Shown here: piece after piece, positions 20,184 to 29,250 of the stretch | Layout of the letters: the number at the start of each line of letters is the position of its first letter | Numbering within the stretch: the stretch's first letter is position 1 | DNA from: Candidatus Iainarchaeum sp. | GTDB taxonomy: Archaea; B1Sed10-29; WALL01 | DNA length: 49,290 bases | NCBI GenBank assembly: GCA_023129115.1 | Contig: JAGMCR010000006.1 | Location: 1 to 49,290 of the forward strand | Reading direction: 5' to 3' | Made by a program: the position numbers and the translations under genes | The notes under the pieces: model-generated | What the model was told of the DNA's origin: nothing | The model's database searches: none | What the model saw: only the letters and a program-made list of their open reading frames with translations

Positions 20184-20987
20184 TCACATGTACCCCAGCG
20201 CACGCAGCTTCTGCATGATGTACGCGGACTCCTTGTCCTGCGCCCTTCCCGAGCGCTCGGACGTATTCGTGGTCCGGAGCTCTTCAACTATTTCGTCGAC
20301 AGTGCTCGCGTTCGACTCAATGGGGTTGCAGCAGGGGTGGCACCCGATGCTCCTGTACCTCTTGCCGTCCTTCGCGAAGTACAGGTCAATGATTGGTATG
20401 TTCTCGCGCTTGATGTAGTCCCAGATGTCCCGCTCGGTCCAGTGCAGTATTGGGTGGACGCGGATGTGGTCCTCGCTGCCGACTTCGGTCTTGTACTTGT
20501 CCCACAGTTCTGCGGGCTGGTCCTTGTAGTCCCACTTGAAGTCCTTGTTGCGCGGCGAGAAAACCCGTTCCTTCGCGCGAATCCCGTGCTCGTCCCTGCG
20601 GATTCCGAGCAGCACTGCCCCGAGGCCGTGCTCCTTGAGGGTCATTTTGAGGGCGTTGGTCTTGAGCTCGGTGCAGCAGGTGAGCTTCGTGCCCTTGTCC
20701 GGGCCCATGCCACCAGCGACGGCGGCCTCGTTCTTGCCGACGATTAAGTCCAGTCCCCATTCCTTTGCGTACTTCTCCCTGTACTCGTAAATCTCCTTGA
20801 ACTTGTACGTAGTGTCGATGTGCACGGCGGGGAACGGTATTTTCCCGTAGAATGCCTTGCGGCACAGCCACAGCAAGGTGGTCGAGTCCTTGCCGATGCT
20901 CCACAGCAGGCCAATGTTGTGGAACTGCTTGTACGCCTCCCGAATAATGTAAATGCTCTTGCTTTCCAGGCTGTCAAGATGGTCCAT
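20184..20987 (-). CDS. cysD: Sulfate adenylyltransferase subunit 2
   Basis: LESKSIYIIRE, WSIGKDS, HIDT, RRDE..RAKERVFS, YRSIGC, ERSGRAQD. Confidence 0.93.
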   Translation of the reverse strand: MDHLDSLESKSIYIIREAYKQFHNIGLLWSIGKDSTTLLWLCRKAFYGKIPFPAVHIDTTYKFKEIYEYREKYAKEWGLDLIVGKNEAAVAGGMGPDKGTKLTCCTELKTNALKMTLKEHGLGAVLLGIRRDEHGIRAKERVFSPRNKDFKWDYKDQPAELWDKYKTEVGSEDHIRVHPILHWTERDIWDYIKRENIPIIDLYFAKDGKRYRSIGCHPCCNPIESNASTVDEIVEELRTTNTSERSGRAQDKESAYIMQKLRALGYM

Positions 20988-21046
20988 GCTAATCCCTTCC
21001 TTTAATTACCCGTAACTATATTTAATTAACTATTTAAAGGTTCCGC

Positions 21047-21820
21047 CTAGCCGAACATTTCCATAATAGCCCTGTAAACGTCCCCAGGCTGCTTTATTTC
21101 GCAATCCAAGCCCTTCGTGATTATGATGGCCTCTTCGTGGTGGTCGCCCTTCAGCCTCTGGCCGTCCGCGGCAACGTCTGGCAAGGTCTTGTCCCTCGCC
21201 TCCCCAACGCCGCAGAACCCGTGGTCAGAAATCACAATGACTTTCTCGGCCTTGTCCACGAACTCCCCAATCGCGGAGTCAACCAGCTTGTACCACTCCA
21301 GCACGTACTCGTCCTCGCCCCAGTGGAAGTGCTGCACCCGGTCCAGGTGGTTGTAGCAGACAATCGCGCACTCGGGGCTCGAAGCGAGAATTTCTTTTGC
21401 CTTCGCAGTTATGCCTTCAACATCCTGCCTCAGCTCGGCCTCGTCCTTGGAAGCGCCGAACCCCGGCGGCATGTAGTCGCAGTTCCAGTTGAACGGCGGA
21501 ATCACGAACGGCACCTGCAGCGCCACTATCTTGTCCGGAATCTTGTCCCAGCAGAACTCGACCGGGATGTCGTCGCGCGACTGCAGCTTCCCGTCCTTGA
21601 CGTACTTCTCGTGGCCGTGCTTGCTCCCCGGCACGCCCGAAAACATCGTGGTCCAAATCGCGGGGGAGATTACGGCTTCCCCTTCAGGGAGGACAATGGT
21701 GCCTGATTTTCCTTCCCCACACAGCTTCTTGAACACCGGCAAAGAATCCAAATTGGGCTTGATTACCTTCCACGTCGCGCCGTCTACCCCAATCACCAAA
21801 AGCTTCGTCACAAAAATCAC
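21047..21820 (-). CDS. Alkaline phosphatase superfamily (NPP-like) protein 1
   Basis: IGVDGA, ISPAIWTTMFSG, DRVQH, SDHGF, GDHH. Confidence 0.85.
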   Translation of the reverse strand: MIFVTKLLVIGVDGATWKVIKPNLDSLPVFKKLCGEGKSGTIVLPEGEAVISPAIWTTMFSGVPGSKHGHEKYVKDGKLQSRDDIPVEFCWDKIPDKIVALQVPFVIPPFNWNCDYMPPGFGASKDEAELRQDVEGITAKAKEILASSPECAIVCYNHLDRVQHFHWGEDEYVLEWYKLVDSAIGEFVDKAEKVIVISDHGFCGVGEARDKTLPDVAADGQRLKGDHHEEAIIITKGLDCEIKQPGDVYRAIMEMFG

Positions 21821-22036
21821 CTAGATATAGTCCAGTGCCTTTAACCGCCTCTTGATTTCGTCATGGTCTTCCTTTTTGAACCCTTTCGACTTCTCGCGCA
21901 TCTCAGCAGACGAAACAATCTGCCTCAGCACGTAAGTAGTATAGTCGCTTACCGAGCGGAACCCCGTGCCCTCAATGCGCTTCTTTATCTTCTCGCCGAG
22001 TTCCACGGGGATGGAAACAGTGGTATGACGTGCCAT
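21821..22036 (-). CDS. Small CopG/RHH protein with C-terminal EIKRRLKALDYI motif
   Basis: TTVSIP..GFRSVSDY ribbon-helix-helix pattern. Confidence 0.85.
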   Translation of the reverse strand: MARHTTVSIPVELGEKIKKRIEGTGFRSVSDYTTYVLRQIVSSAEMREKSKGFKKEDHDEIKRRLKALDYI

Positions 22037-22061
22037 AATGATATTCAATTAAGAGAGTTAT

Positions 22062-22370
22062 TTATTTGTTTGCCCTCTCGAGCATCTCCAGAATCTGCCC
22101 CTCTGTCACGGAGCCGACGCTCCGCTCCTCTTCCTTGCCGTTCCTGAAGATGGCCAGCGTTGGGACGCCGTAAATGTCGTACTTCTTCGCGGTGATTGGG
22201 TTGCGGTTCACGTTCACGCTGCATATCTTGACGTCGACTTCCTTCTCGAGCCGCGCAATCACTTCCTCAATGGTCTTGCACGGCGGGCACCACGACCCCC
22301 AAAAGTCGACGAGCACTACCCAGTCGTAGTTCTCGACTTCCTGCTTGAACGTCTTGTCAGTGACTTCCAT
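22062..22370 (-). CDS. trxA: Thioredoxin
   Basis: VDFWGSWCPPCK, GVPTL. Confidence 0.93.
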   Translation of the reverse strand: MEVTDKTFKQEVENYDWVVLVDFWGSWCPPCKTIEEVIARLEKEVDVKICSVNVNRNPITAKKYDIYGVPTLAIFRNGKEEERSVGSVTEGQILEMLERANK

Positions 22371-22373
22371 GCC

Positions 22374-23885
22374 TCACGCCCCCCTCCGGAGCACTCCCTC
22401 GAAGCCCTCCTTTTCCTTGCTCCCGGGCTCGTACACCTCAAGCGTGCCGGACTCCTTCTTCATGCCGCTCCACCGCGTCTTTGGCATGATGGTGTGCTTC
22501 TTTTCCTCGAGCCGCTTCTTTACCTCTGGCTGCAGTAGCACCTCGAACATCCTCTCGACCTCTTTTTCCAGCGTGACGCCCTGCTCGAACCCGAACTCGT
22601 TCGGCAGCTTCTTCGACACCACTTCCAAGGGGTGCTTCTCGGACTCGACACGCGGGTTCTCGATGCGCTGTATTTTTATCTCAAGCCCGAACTTTTCCTT
22701 GCCCACGCGGGCAACGGCCTCGGCGATGTCGCTGACCTTGAACAGCCCCGACACCTGGTTGACCACGTCATACTGGCCGGGCTCCGGCGGCGAGAAAATC
22801 AGGCGCACCATGCACTGCATCGCGTCGTCCAGCGCGATGAACGCCCGTATCTGCTCCCCCCTCCCATAAATCGTGAGTGGCATCCCCAGCACTGCCTGCG
22901 CGACGAACCGGTTGACGACAGTGCCGAACCATTCGTCCATGTCGAACCGCGTCTTCAGCCGCGGGTCCGTGGCAATCTCATCGGTGTGCACGCCGTAAAT
23001 CACGCCCTGCATGATGTCATAAGACCGCAGCCACCAGTACTTGCACGCCTCGTACACGTTAAACGTGTCCTGGACCTTGCTGCAGTGGTAGAAGCTCACG
23101 GGGTCCCTCGGCGTCAGCTCGCCGCCAAGGCTCCACTTCCTGCCCTTCCACTCGAGCGCGGCGTCGCTCGGGAAAATCCCTTCGAACAATGGCCTCCCGG
23201 TCAGCGGCGCGCCGTACTCGCCCATGGTCCCCAGCTTTATCAGCGAGGCCTCGGGCGCAATGTCCTTCATTATGAAAAGCACCCCCAGCGTCCCCAGCAC
23301 GTTGTTCTCCTGGACCTTGATTGCGTGCTTCGCGTCCACCATGCTGTATGGCGCGCTCGGGCACTCGGCGTAGTGCACGATTGCCTCTGGCTTGACCTCG
23401 TCCATAAACTCGCGGAGCTTGTCCCTGTCCATCACGTCTATGCGCCTGAAGTTGATGTCAATCCCGTGGACCTCGCGTGCCGCGTGCAGCCTGTCCGTCA
23501 TCCTCTCAATCGGCACCACGGTGTGGGAGCCCTTTTCCGCGACGCAGTCCCTGCGCCAGTAATTGTCCACGCCGCTGACCTTGCACCCCAGCTTCCCGAG
23601 CTTGAGAGCGAGCGCCCACCCGAGATAGCCGTCAATCCCGAGAATCATTACTTTCATGTTCTTGAGCATGTAGCCGTAGTCGCCCTCCTCCCACTCCGGG
23701 CAGTCCTCGAAGGTAATCGTGGGCTCGAAGTGCCCGAGGCCGGGCCTCCGGCGGCACTCAATCATTATCTGTGCGTTTTCCGCCTCGATGTTCCTCGACT
23801 GGCCGCACGCCGTGAAGTCCACGTTTCCCTTGAACTTCGCGGCGGGGCAGTTCCAGCAGGTCTTTTTCGCGTTGATGCAAGCCAT
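22374..23885 (-). CDS. sqdB: UDP-sulfoquinovose synthase (SqdB/Agl3) with ~76-aa Cys-rich N-terminal extension
   Basis: GIDGYLGW, PSAPYSM, KLGTMGEYG, SFYHCSK, QGVIYG, FGTVVNRF, NPRVE. Confidence 0.92.
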   Translation of the reverse strand: MACINAKKTCWNCPAAKFKGNVDFTACGQSRNIEAENAQIMIECRRRPGLGHFEPTITFEDCPEWEEGDYGYMLKNMKVMILGIDGYLGWALALKLGKLGCKVSGVDNYWRRDCVAEKGSHTVVPIERMTDRLHAAREVHGIDINFRRIDVMDRDKLREFMDEVKPEAIVHYAECPSAPYSMVDAKHAIKVQENNVLGTLGVLFIMKDIAPEASLIKLGTMGEYGAPLTGRPLFEGIFPSDAALEWKGRKWSLGGELTPRDPVSFYHCSKVQDTFNVYEACKYWWLRSYDIMQGVIYGVHTDEIATDPRLKTRFDMDEWFGTVVNRFVAQAVLGMPLTIYGRGEQIRAFIALDDAMQCMVRLIFSPPEPGQYDVVNQVSGLFKVSDIAEAVARVGKEKFGLEIKIQRIENPRVESEKHPLEVVSKKLPNEFGFEQGVTLEKEVERMFEVLLQPEVKKRLEEKKHTIMPKTRWSGMKKESGTLEVYEPGSKEKEGFEGVLRRGA

Positions 23886-25102
23886 TAGTAATCACCGATT
23901 GCTTTTGTGACGTCCTCGACCGAAGGGCCTTCCGGCACCTTGGCGTTGGTGAGTATGAATGCGTCCTCGTACGTGTGGTGGCCGGCCAACGGGCTTGGGT
24001 ACATCTTCTCTCCCCCGATTTGCGCGCGCAGGTTCCACCCGCTCTCGCACAGCAGCACAATGTCCGGCGCGTTGCCTATATTCTTGCCGCGGTAAATCTC
24101 GTCCCTGCGGAACACGCGCTTCACAAACTCCTGCCCCTTGAACAGGGCCCCAATCTCGTCCACGACCTTTTCCTCGTCCGCCTTCGCGACGCTCCCGCGC
24201 GGGTAGCGCCCCTCGCGGTGCACGTAAATCCTTGACGGCTCCATTGCGAACGCCCTTGTCCCCTCGGCAATCCTGCCGTAGCCTCTTCCTTCGCCGAGCT
24301 TGAGCAGCCCCGCCTCCTCGAGCAGCGCGTTGATGTTGACGTTCGTCTTCGCTTTTTCCATTCCGTGGTCCGAAATAATCACGAGCCGGTCGTCCTCGCC
24401 CATTTTCCCCGTGATTTCGCCAATCACTTCGTCCACGCGCGCGAAATAGTCCAGAAACCCCTGGTGGAACTCGTGGCCATCGTCCTCGTATGCGTCCCAG
24501 AGGTAGTGGCCGAGCCGGTCGCTTCCCGTGAACACGAAAGTGAACATGTCCCACTTCTCTTTTTCCCAGAAGTGGCGGTACGCCTTTATCCGCGCCTCGT
24601 TTGTCTTGTTCAACTCGCTCATGAAGAGGAGCTTGGACTCCTTGGCCTTCTCGGTGTCGACGTCTACTTTGTATCCCATCTCCTGGAGCGCCGGGAGCGC
24701 GCTGGCGGGGTACACTGCCTTCTCCAGGTCGGGCGCGACGAATCCCGCGATGTGCACGCCGTTCATTTCCCGGGCGGGGTAGGTCATCGGCACGTTTATG
24801 ACAACGTGCCTCCCCCCCCTTTCCCAGTAGGGCTTTGCTTGCAGATGCATGTAGTTCGGAAAAAACATGTTGTAGGTCCCGGGCATGAGCTCGGTGAAGC
24901 CGTAGATGCCGTGCTCGCCGGGGTTCTCCCCCGTGATTATGGTGGCCCATGACGCCGAGGACACCTCGGGCAATGTAGACTTCATCTGGGCAAAAGTGCC
25001 CTGGCTGCGCAGGTCCTTGAAATTGGGCATTATTCCCTTGTCCGAGAGCGTTTCCATCATCCCGTAGGGAACGCCGTCAATGCCGATAACAACAGTCCTC
25101 AT
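23885..25102 (-). CDS. Alkaline phosphatase superfamily (NPP-like) protein 2
   Basis: IGIDGV, PEVSSASWATIITG, DRLGH, SDHGM, APDI, GHH. Confidence 0.88.
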   Translation of the reverse strand: MRTVVIGIDGVPYGMMETLSDKGIMPNFKDLRSQGTFAQMKSTLPEVSSASWATIITGENPGEHGIYGFTELMPGTYNMFFPNYMHLQAKPYWERGGRHVVINVPMTYPAREMNGVHIAGFVAPDLEKAVYPASALPALQEMGYKVDVDTEKAKESKLLFMSELNKTNEARIKAYRHFWEKEKWDMFTFVFTGSDRLGHYLWDAYEDDGHEFHQGFLDYFARVDEVIGEITGKMGEDDRLVIISDHGMEKAKTNVNINALLEEAGLLKLGEGRGYGRIAEGTRAFAMEPSRIYVHREGRYPRGSVAKADEEKVVDEIGALFKGQEFVKRVFRRDEIYRGKNIGNAPDIVLLCESGWNLRAQIGGEKMYPSPLAGHHTYEDAFILTNAKVPEGPSVEDVTKAIGDY

Positions 25103-25113
25103 CAACCCACACT

Positions 25114-25136
25114 AGTTACTCTGATTTGGAGTAACT
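25114..25136. promoter_or_regulatory. Palindromic operator AGTTACTC-N7-GAGTAACT (putative TrmB site)
   Basis: Perfect 8-bp arms located between the TATA-like TTATATAT (25153-25160) and the first gene of the minus-strand sulfur operon. Confidence 0.6.
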
Positions 25137-25187
25137 TTATGTTAAACTCGCTTTATATATGTTTCGGCGTATCCTTGAACTTTTGCG

Positions 25188-25835
25188 TTATGCTGCTTTC
25201 TTGGCGATGACGAGAATAGTTGCGCCTCCCAATGCCTTAAGCCCAAATAACCAAAATAGTTTGGCGGCAATGCCGCCAGGGCATTTTGTTGGCTGGGTCT
25301 CAGGACCCAAATACTCAACCTTCGTAACGTTGAACCCGTTCCGCCTTAAGAGTTGCAGTAATGTCCTTTCGCAGAACCAGCACATGTGGTCGGTGTTGCA
25401 ATGAAAGTTGTGGTCCACTAGTGCATGCAAAAACCAGTGGATTGTGAACGGATTTGGAGTAGTCAATATGAGCTTTCCATCCTTCTTCAGGTTATTTTTG
25501 ACTCCTTTAAAGAACAGGCCGGGGTTTGATAGGTGTTCTATGAGCTCTCCGGCTATGATTACGTCAAACTTTTCGCTTAATTTTAGTTTTTCAGCGTCCA
25601 TATACTTGATGTTATAGCCTTTGTTCTGAAGCTTTTTGACCTCGCTTTTGAGGTAGTCTATCCCTATAACTTTTGGGGTGATGTCATAAATCCGTTTATG
25701 CAACCAGTTAAAATCAGATTCCTTGCTTGCCGAATGTTGGACGCACCCTACGTCAAGCACGCTATCGTTTTCACCTATTTCCTCCAATATCTTTTTGACT
25801 CGTGGATTAATGTTTCCCAGTGTTATCACCCTCAT
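25188..25835 (-). CDS. Class I SAM-dependent methyltransferase
   Basis: VLDVGC, FDVIIAGELIEHL, LILTTPN; AT-rich. Confidence 0.88.
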   Translation of the reverse strand: MRVITLGNINPRVKKILEEIGENDSVLDVGCVQHSASKESDFNWLHKRIYDITPKVIGIDYLKSEVKKLQNKGYNIKYMDAEKLKLSEKFDVIIAGELIEHLSNPGLFFKGVKNNLKKDGKLILTTPNPFTIHWFLHALVDHNFHCNTDHMCWFCERTLLQLLRRNGFNVTKVEYLGPETQPTKCPGGIAAKLFWLFGLKALGGATILVIAKKAA

Positions 25836-25952
25836 AAAAATTGTTGTTTCTGTAGCCTGTTTTGCTTTCGTAGTGAAATCAGAGGATTATAAAGGTTTCG
25901 GTAGGGGAGGCTTGGGATTCCCTTAATAAACCCTTCTTCCCTATTTTTCCCC

Positions 25953-27470
25953 GTGTCGGACCAGCTAGTTAAAAAAGTTGCGAAGGGAGCAGGCATAATG
26001 TTCGCCGGCCTCATGCTCGGGAGATTCATTGATTTGATGTACCGGATCTTCCTCGCCCGCGCCCTCTCGCCAGCAGAATACGGTCTCTTTTTCCTCGCTT
26101 ACAACATAATCTTCGTGGCCTCTACCGTGGCAATCGGCGGCTTCCCCCAGGGGCTCATGCGCTACGTCGCCTACTACAAGGGCAAGAAAGACAAGGCGCG
26201 GGTAAAGGGTGTCATGATAGACGCCGGTCTCGTGATGGCTGGCCTGGGCGTCGTTTCTGGAGCTATCGTATTCCTGCTCGCCGAATGGCTCGCGTCCCTG
26301 TTCCATACTCCAGGGCTCACTCCAATCTTCCAGATAGTCGCATTCTTCCTCCCAGCCCAAGCGCTTTTCCTGTATTCCAAAAGCGTGCTCGAGGGATTCC
26401 AGCGGCTCAAGTACTGGTTCTACGGCGAGATAATCTCCACTCGCTTGTTGCGGCTTGTCCTGACAATTGTGCTGGTCTCACTTGGATTTGGCTTACTTGG
26501 CATCTCCCTAATATTTGTTTTTACAGTCGCCATTGGGTTTGTGGTAATGGCCTGGTTTGCCAGCAAAAAAGTTTTTCCTAATTTCCGTAAAATCAAAGCA
26601 GTCCATGGGGCAAGGGAGTACCTATCTTTTGCTGCGCCGCTGTTCTTCTCCAGCAGCATACTCGCGATTTCTGGTCACATAGACACAATCATGATTGGCT
26701 TATTCATGAGCACTGCAAGCGTTGGATTCTACAATGTTGCCCTCCCACTTGCAGCTCTGCTGCGAATGTTCTTAGCATCATTTAACGGCATTTTTGCACC
26801 AATGACCACGGAATTATTTGCAAAAAACAAAATGAAGGAGGTAGGGGCGCTGTACAAGTCAGTCACCAAGTGGGCGTTCATGTCGGCATGGCCAGTGTTC
26901 CTCCTGTTCTTTGCCTTCCCTGGCCAAGTGATTGAATTGTTCTTCGGTCCGGGCTATGGCTCCGGCGCAATCGCCCTCGCAATCCTCTCGGTTGGCTACC
27001 TCGTCAACACCGGCGTGGGCTCTGCGGGCGTCCTGCTGCTCGCGTCCGGCAAGCCAAAGCTATTGTTAATCAATAACGCGGTGATTGCCGTGCTGAACAT
27101 TGCGTTCAACTGGCTGCTCATCCCGGTCTTTGGCTTGGTCGGCGCCGCTGTAGCAACGTCGTTTTCTGTCTCGGTGATAAACCTGCTGATGCTGGCCGAG
27201 GTCAAGGAATTCCTCGGGTTCCATCCATACAAGAAGAGCTTCCTCCGGCCGCTTGCGGCAGGAGTCGTCGCGGCAATAGCCGCGTACGCGGGGTTCGCGG
27301 CGACTGGAATGTTTATCGCGGCGGCAATCGGCTTCGCCGCGCTTTACATTTTGCTGGTGTTCGTGTTCAAGTCGTTCGAGAAAGAAGACTTGGTTATTGC
27401 CACTGCAATCGAGAAAAAGCTGGGCTGGGGCACTAGGATGAGTGGCTTCCTGGGCAAGTACTCTGCCTAG
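25953..27470 (+). CDS. Oligosaccharide flippase (Wzx/RfbX, MOP family)
   Basis: About 14 hydrophobic helices; LARALSPAEYG, IDTIMIG, VGFYNVA, LIPVFGLVGAAVAT. Confidence 0.9.
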   Translation: MSDQLVKKVAKGAGIMFAGLMLGRFIDLMYRIFLARALSPAEYGLFFLAYNIIFVASTVAIGGFPQGLMRYVAYYKGKKDKARVKGVMIDAGLVMAGLGVVSGAIVFLLAEWLASLFHTPGLTPIFQIVAFFLPAQALFLYSKSVLEGFQRLKYWFYGEIISTRLLRLVLTIVLVSLGFGLLGISLIFVFTVAIGFVVMAWFASKKVFPNFRKIKAVHGAREYLSFAAPLFFSSSILAISGHIDTIMIGLFMSTASVGFYNVALPLAALLRMFLASFNGIFAPMTTELFAKNKMKEVGALYKSVTKWAFMSAWPVFLLFFAFPGQVIELFFGPGYGSGAIALAILSVGYLVNTGVGSAGVLLLASGKPKLLLINNAVIAVLNIAFNWLLIPVFGLVGAAVATSFSVSVINLLMLAEVKEFLGFHPYKKSFLRPLAAGVVAAIAAYAGFAATGMFIAAAIGFAALYILLVFVFKSFEKEDLVIATAIEKKLGWGTRMSGFLGKYSA

Positions 27471-28432
27471 ATGTACCCCAGGTTCTGGAGGCTCTTGACT
27501 ATCTTTTCCTTGTCCACTTCTTTTTTCTGGGGCTTCGGCTCCCTTCCCTCTCCCGCCTTTATTTTCCTTTTTTTGTTCTTTATCCCTTTCGCCGCAATTC
27601 CTTTCATGATGCCGCGGAAGTCGAGTATTGACGGGTCTTTCAGGCCGAGCCTTGGCGTGCACGCGTAAAATGCGTAGTCGAGGTTCAGGTGCTCGCCGCC
27701 GCCGCTCTTCATTTCTTGCATGCCATGGTCGGACACAATCAAAAGCAGCTCGGGGTCGAACTCTTCGAGGATTTGCCTGGCGAAGTCGTTCATCTCCTTG
27801 TAGAGCGCGTACATGGTTTCCTTGTCGCTGAAGAAGAGGTGGCCCCACACGTCGGTTACGGGCGTGTACCAGAACAAGAGGTCCGGCTTTTCCTTCAGTG
27901 CCTTCAATGCCCCGGCCTTGCTTTTCCTGTGGAACTCGAGCGTCGCTTCCTTGTACTCCACCTCGGTTATCTCGTTCTTGAGGAACTTCTTCATCATTTG
28001 GTGCAGGTAGTCCTTTTCTTCCCTGGGCTGGTTGAACCCCGGGACAGAAAGGGCTTTGTAGCTCTTGAAGTCGCCCAAGAACGTTTTTTCGGCTGGGACT
28101 CGTATGTTCCATGATTCCTTGAAGTCGTAAATCTTTTCCATGGGCCGTATTTTGCCGGTGACTTTTTTCCTGGCTTTTTTCACGAAGCCAGGCTCGATTT
28201 CGATGTATTTTTTTCTAAATCCCTTGTAGTACGAGAAAACTTTTTTCCGCCCGCCGGCGACTTCCCTGAACATGTCCCTGCCGGTGAGGAACGAGCTCCA
28301 CATAATGGGGGTCACGGCCGCGCCTATGCCGCTTATGTCTGTCTTCCCGTATTCCTCCAGCTGCAGGTAGGGCAGCCCAAACTCTTTCACAAGATAGTAG
28401 TCCAATGCATCCATGCCAAGTATCACAATCAT
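27467..28432 (-). CDS. Alkaline phosphatase superfamily protein 3 with C-terminal KSLQNLGYI
   Basis: LGMDAL, VTPIMWSSFLTG, DVWGH, SDHGM, GEH. Confidence 0.8.
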   Translation of the reverse strand: MIVILGMDALDYYLVKEFGLPYLQLEEYGKTDISGIGAAVTPIMWSSFLTGRDMFREVAGGRKKVFSYYKGFRKKYIEIEPGFVKKARKKVTGKIRPMEKIYDFKESWNIRVPAEKTFLGDFKSYKALSVPGFNQPREEKDYLHQMMKKFLKNEITEVEYKEATLEFHRKSKAGALKALKEKPDLLFWYTPVTDVWGHLFFSDKETMYALYKEMNDFARQILEEFDPELLLIVSDHGMQEMKSGGGEHLNLDYAFYACTPRLGLKDPSILDFRGIMKGIAAKGIKNKKRKIKAGEGREPKPQKKEVDKEKIVKSLQNLGYI

Positions 28433-28455
28433 TTCCGCACCTATTACCGTTCTCT

Positions 28456-29250
28456 CTATTTCTTAGCCTTCCGCTTAGCGACTACCAGTAATTGCTGCTG
28501 CAGGGGTGGGTAAATACCAGTTACCAAGTCCACAAGGTTTTTGATAGTTCGTACGTGGACAAACTGGTGTTCCCATCCTTTTACTTCAATCTCAAAGCCA
28601 GTCTTTTCAAGAATCTCAACCAATTGGCTGAGGGTATACAGCGTTACATGGCCAACATGCCCCATCTTCTCAAGCAAATTGTATGCGAAATAAGGCGATG
28701 GCTCCTGCCCCATGCCCACCAGCATAAACAGGCGGTATTTCCAGTACGCCATATTGGGCGTTTGTAGTATCAACACACCATTCAATTTCAGCACACGCCT
28801 GATCTCCCTCAAGGTAAACAACGGATTTATCCTCATGTGCTCGAGCAGGGCGGTAAATATCACATAATCAAATGTGTTGTCAGGATATGGCAGTTTTTGC
28901 GTCTCAATGTCGCACTTGGTAACCTTTAGGCATTCCACCAGTTTCTTTTCTATTCTTTCGGGGAATATGTCAACTGCCTCAATAGAATAGCCCAACTGCT
29001 TCATGGAGTAGGTGAAGTAGCCAGGGTATATGCCTATGTCCAGACCCCTACCTTTTTTCGTAATATGCCTATTCAAGAGGGTAAACAGTTTTTCATACCT
29101 CTCCCGTTGCCTTTTGTAGTAGTTTAACATATATGGAGTGGCAGAGGTTTTGCTTAGGATTTTGCCAACTCCTCTATACTCTTCAATGAATCCCTCCAGC
29201 GCAGGTTCGGATTGTACCTGTCGGGCGCCATTGCCGTGTATGACACTCAT
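28456..29250 (-). CDS. Class I SAM-dependent methyltransferase
   Basis: GLDIGIYPG, LPYPDNTFD, LLEHM, LQTPN; AT-rich. Confidence 0.88.
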   Translation of the reverse strand: MSVIHGNGARQVQSEPALEGFIEEYRGVGKILSKTSATPYMLNYYKRQRERYEKLFTLLNRHITKKGRGLDIGIYPGYFTYSMKQLGYSIEAVDIFPERIEKKLVECLKVTKCDIETQKLPYPDNTFDYVIFTALLEHMRINPLFTLREIRRVLKLNGVLILQTPNMAYWKYRLFMLVGMGQEPSPYFAYNLLEKMGHVGHVTLYTLSQLVEILEKTGFEIEVKGWEHQFVHVRTIKNLVDLVTGIYPPLQQQLLVVAKRKAKK

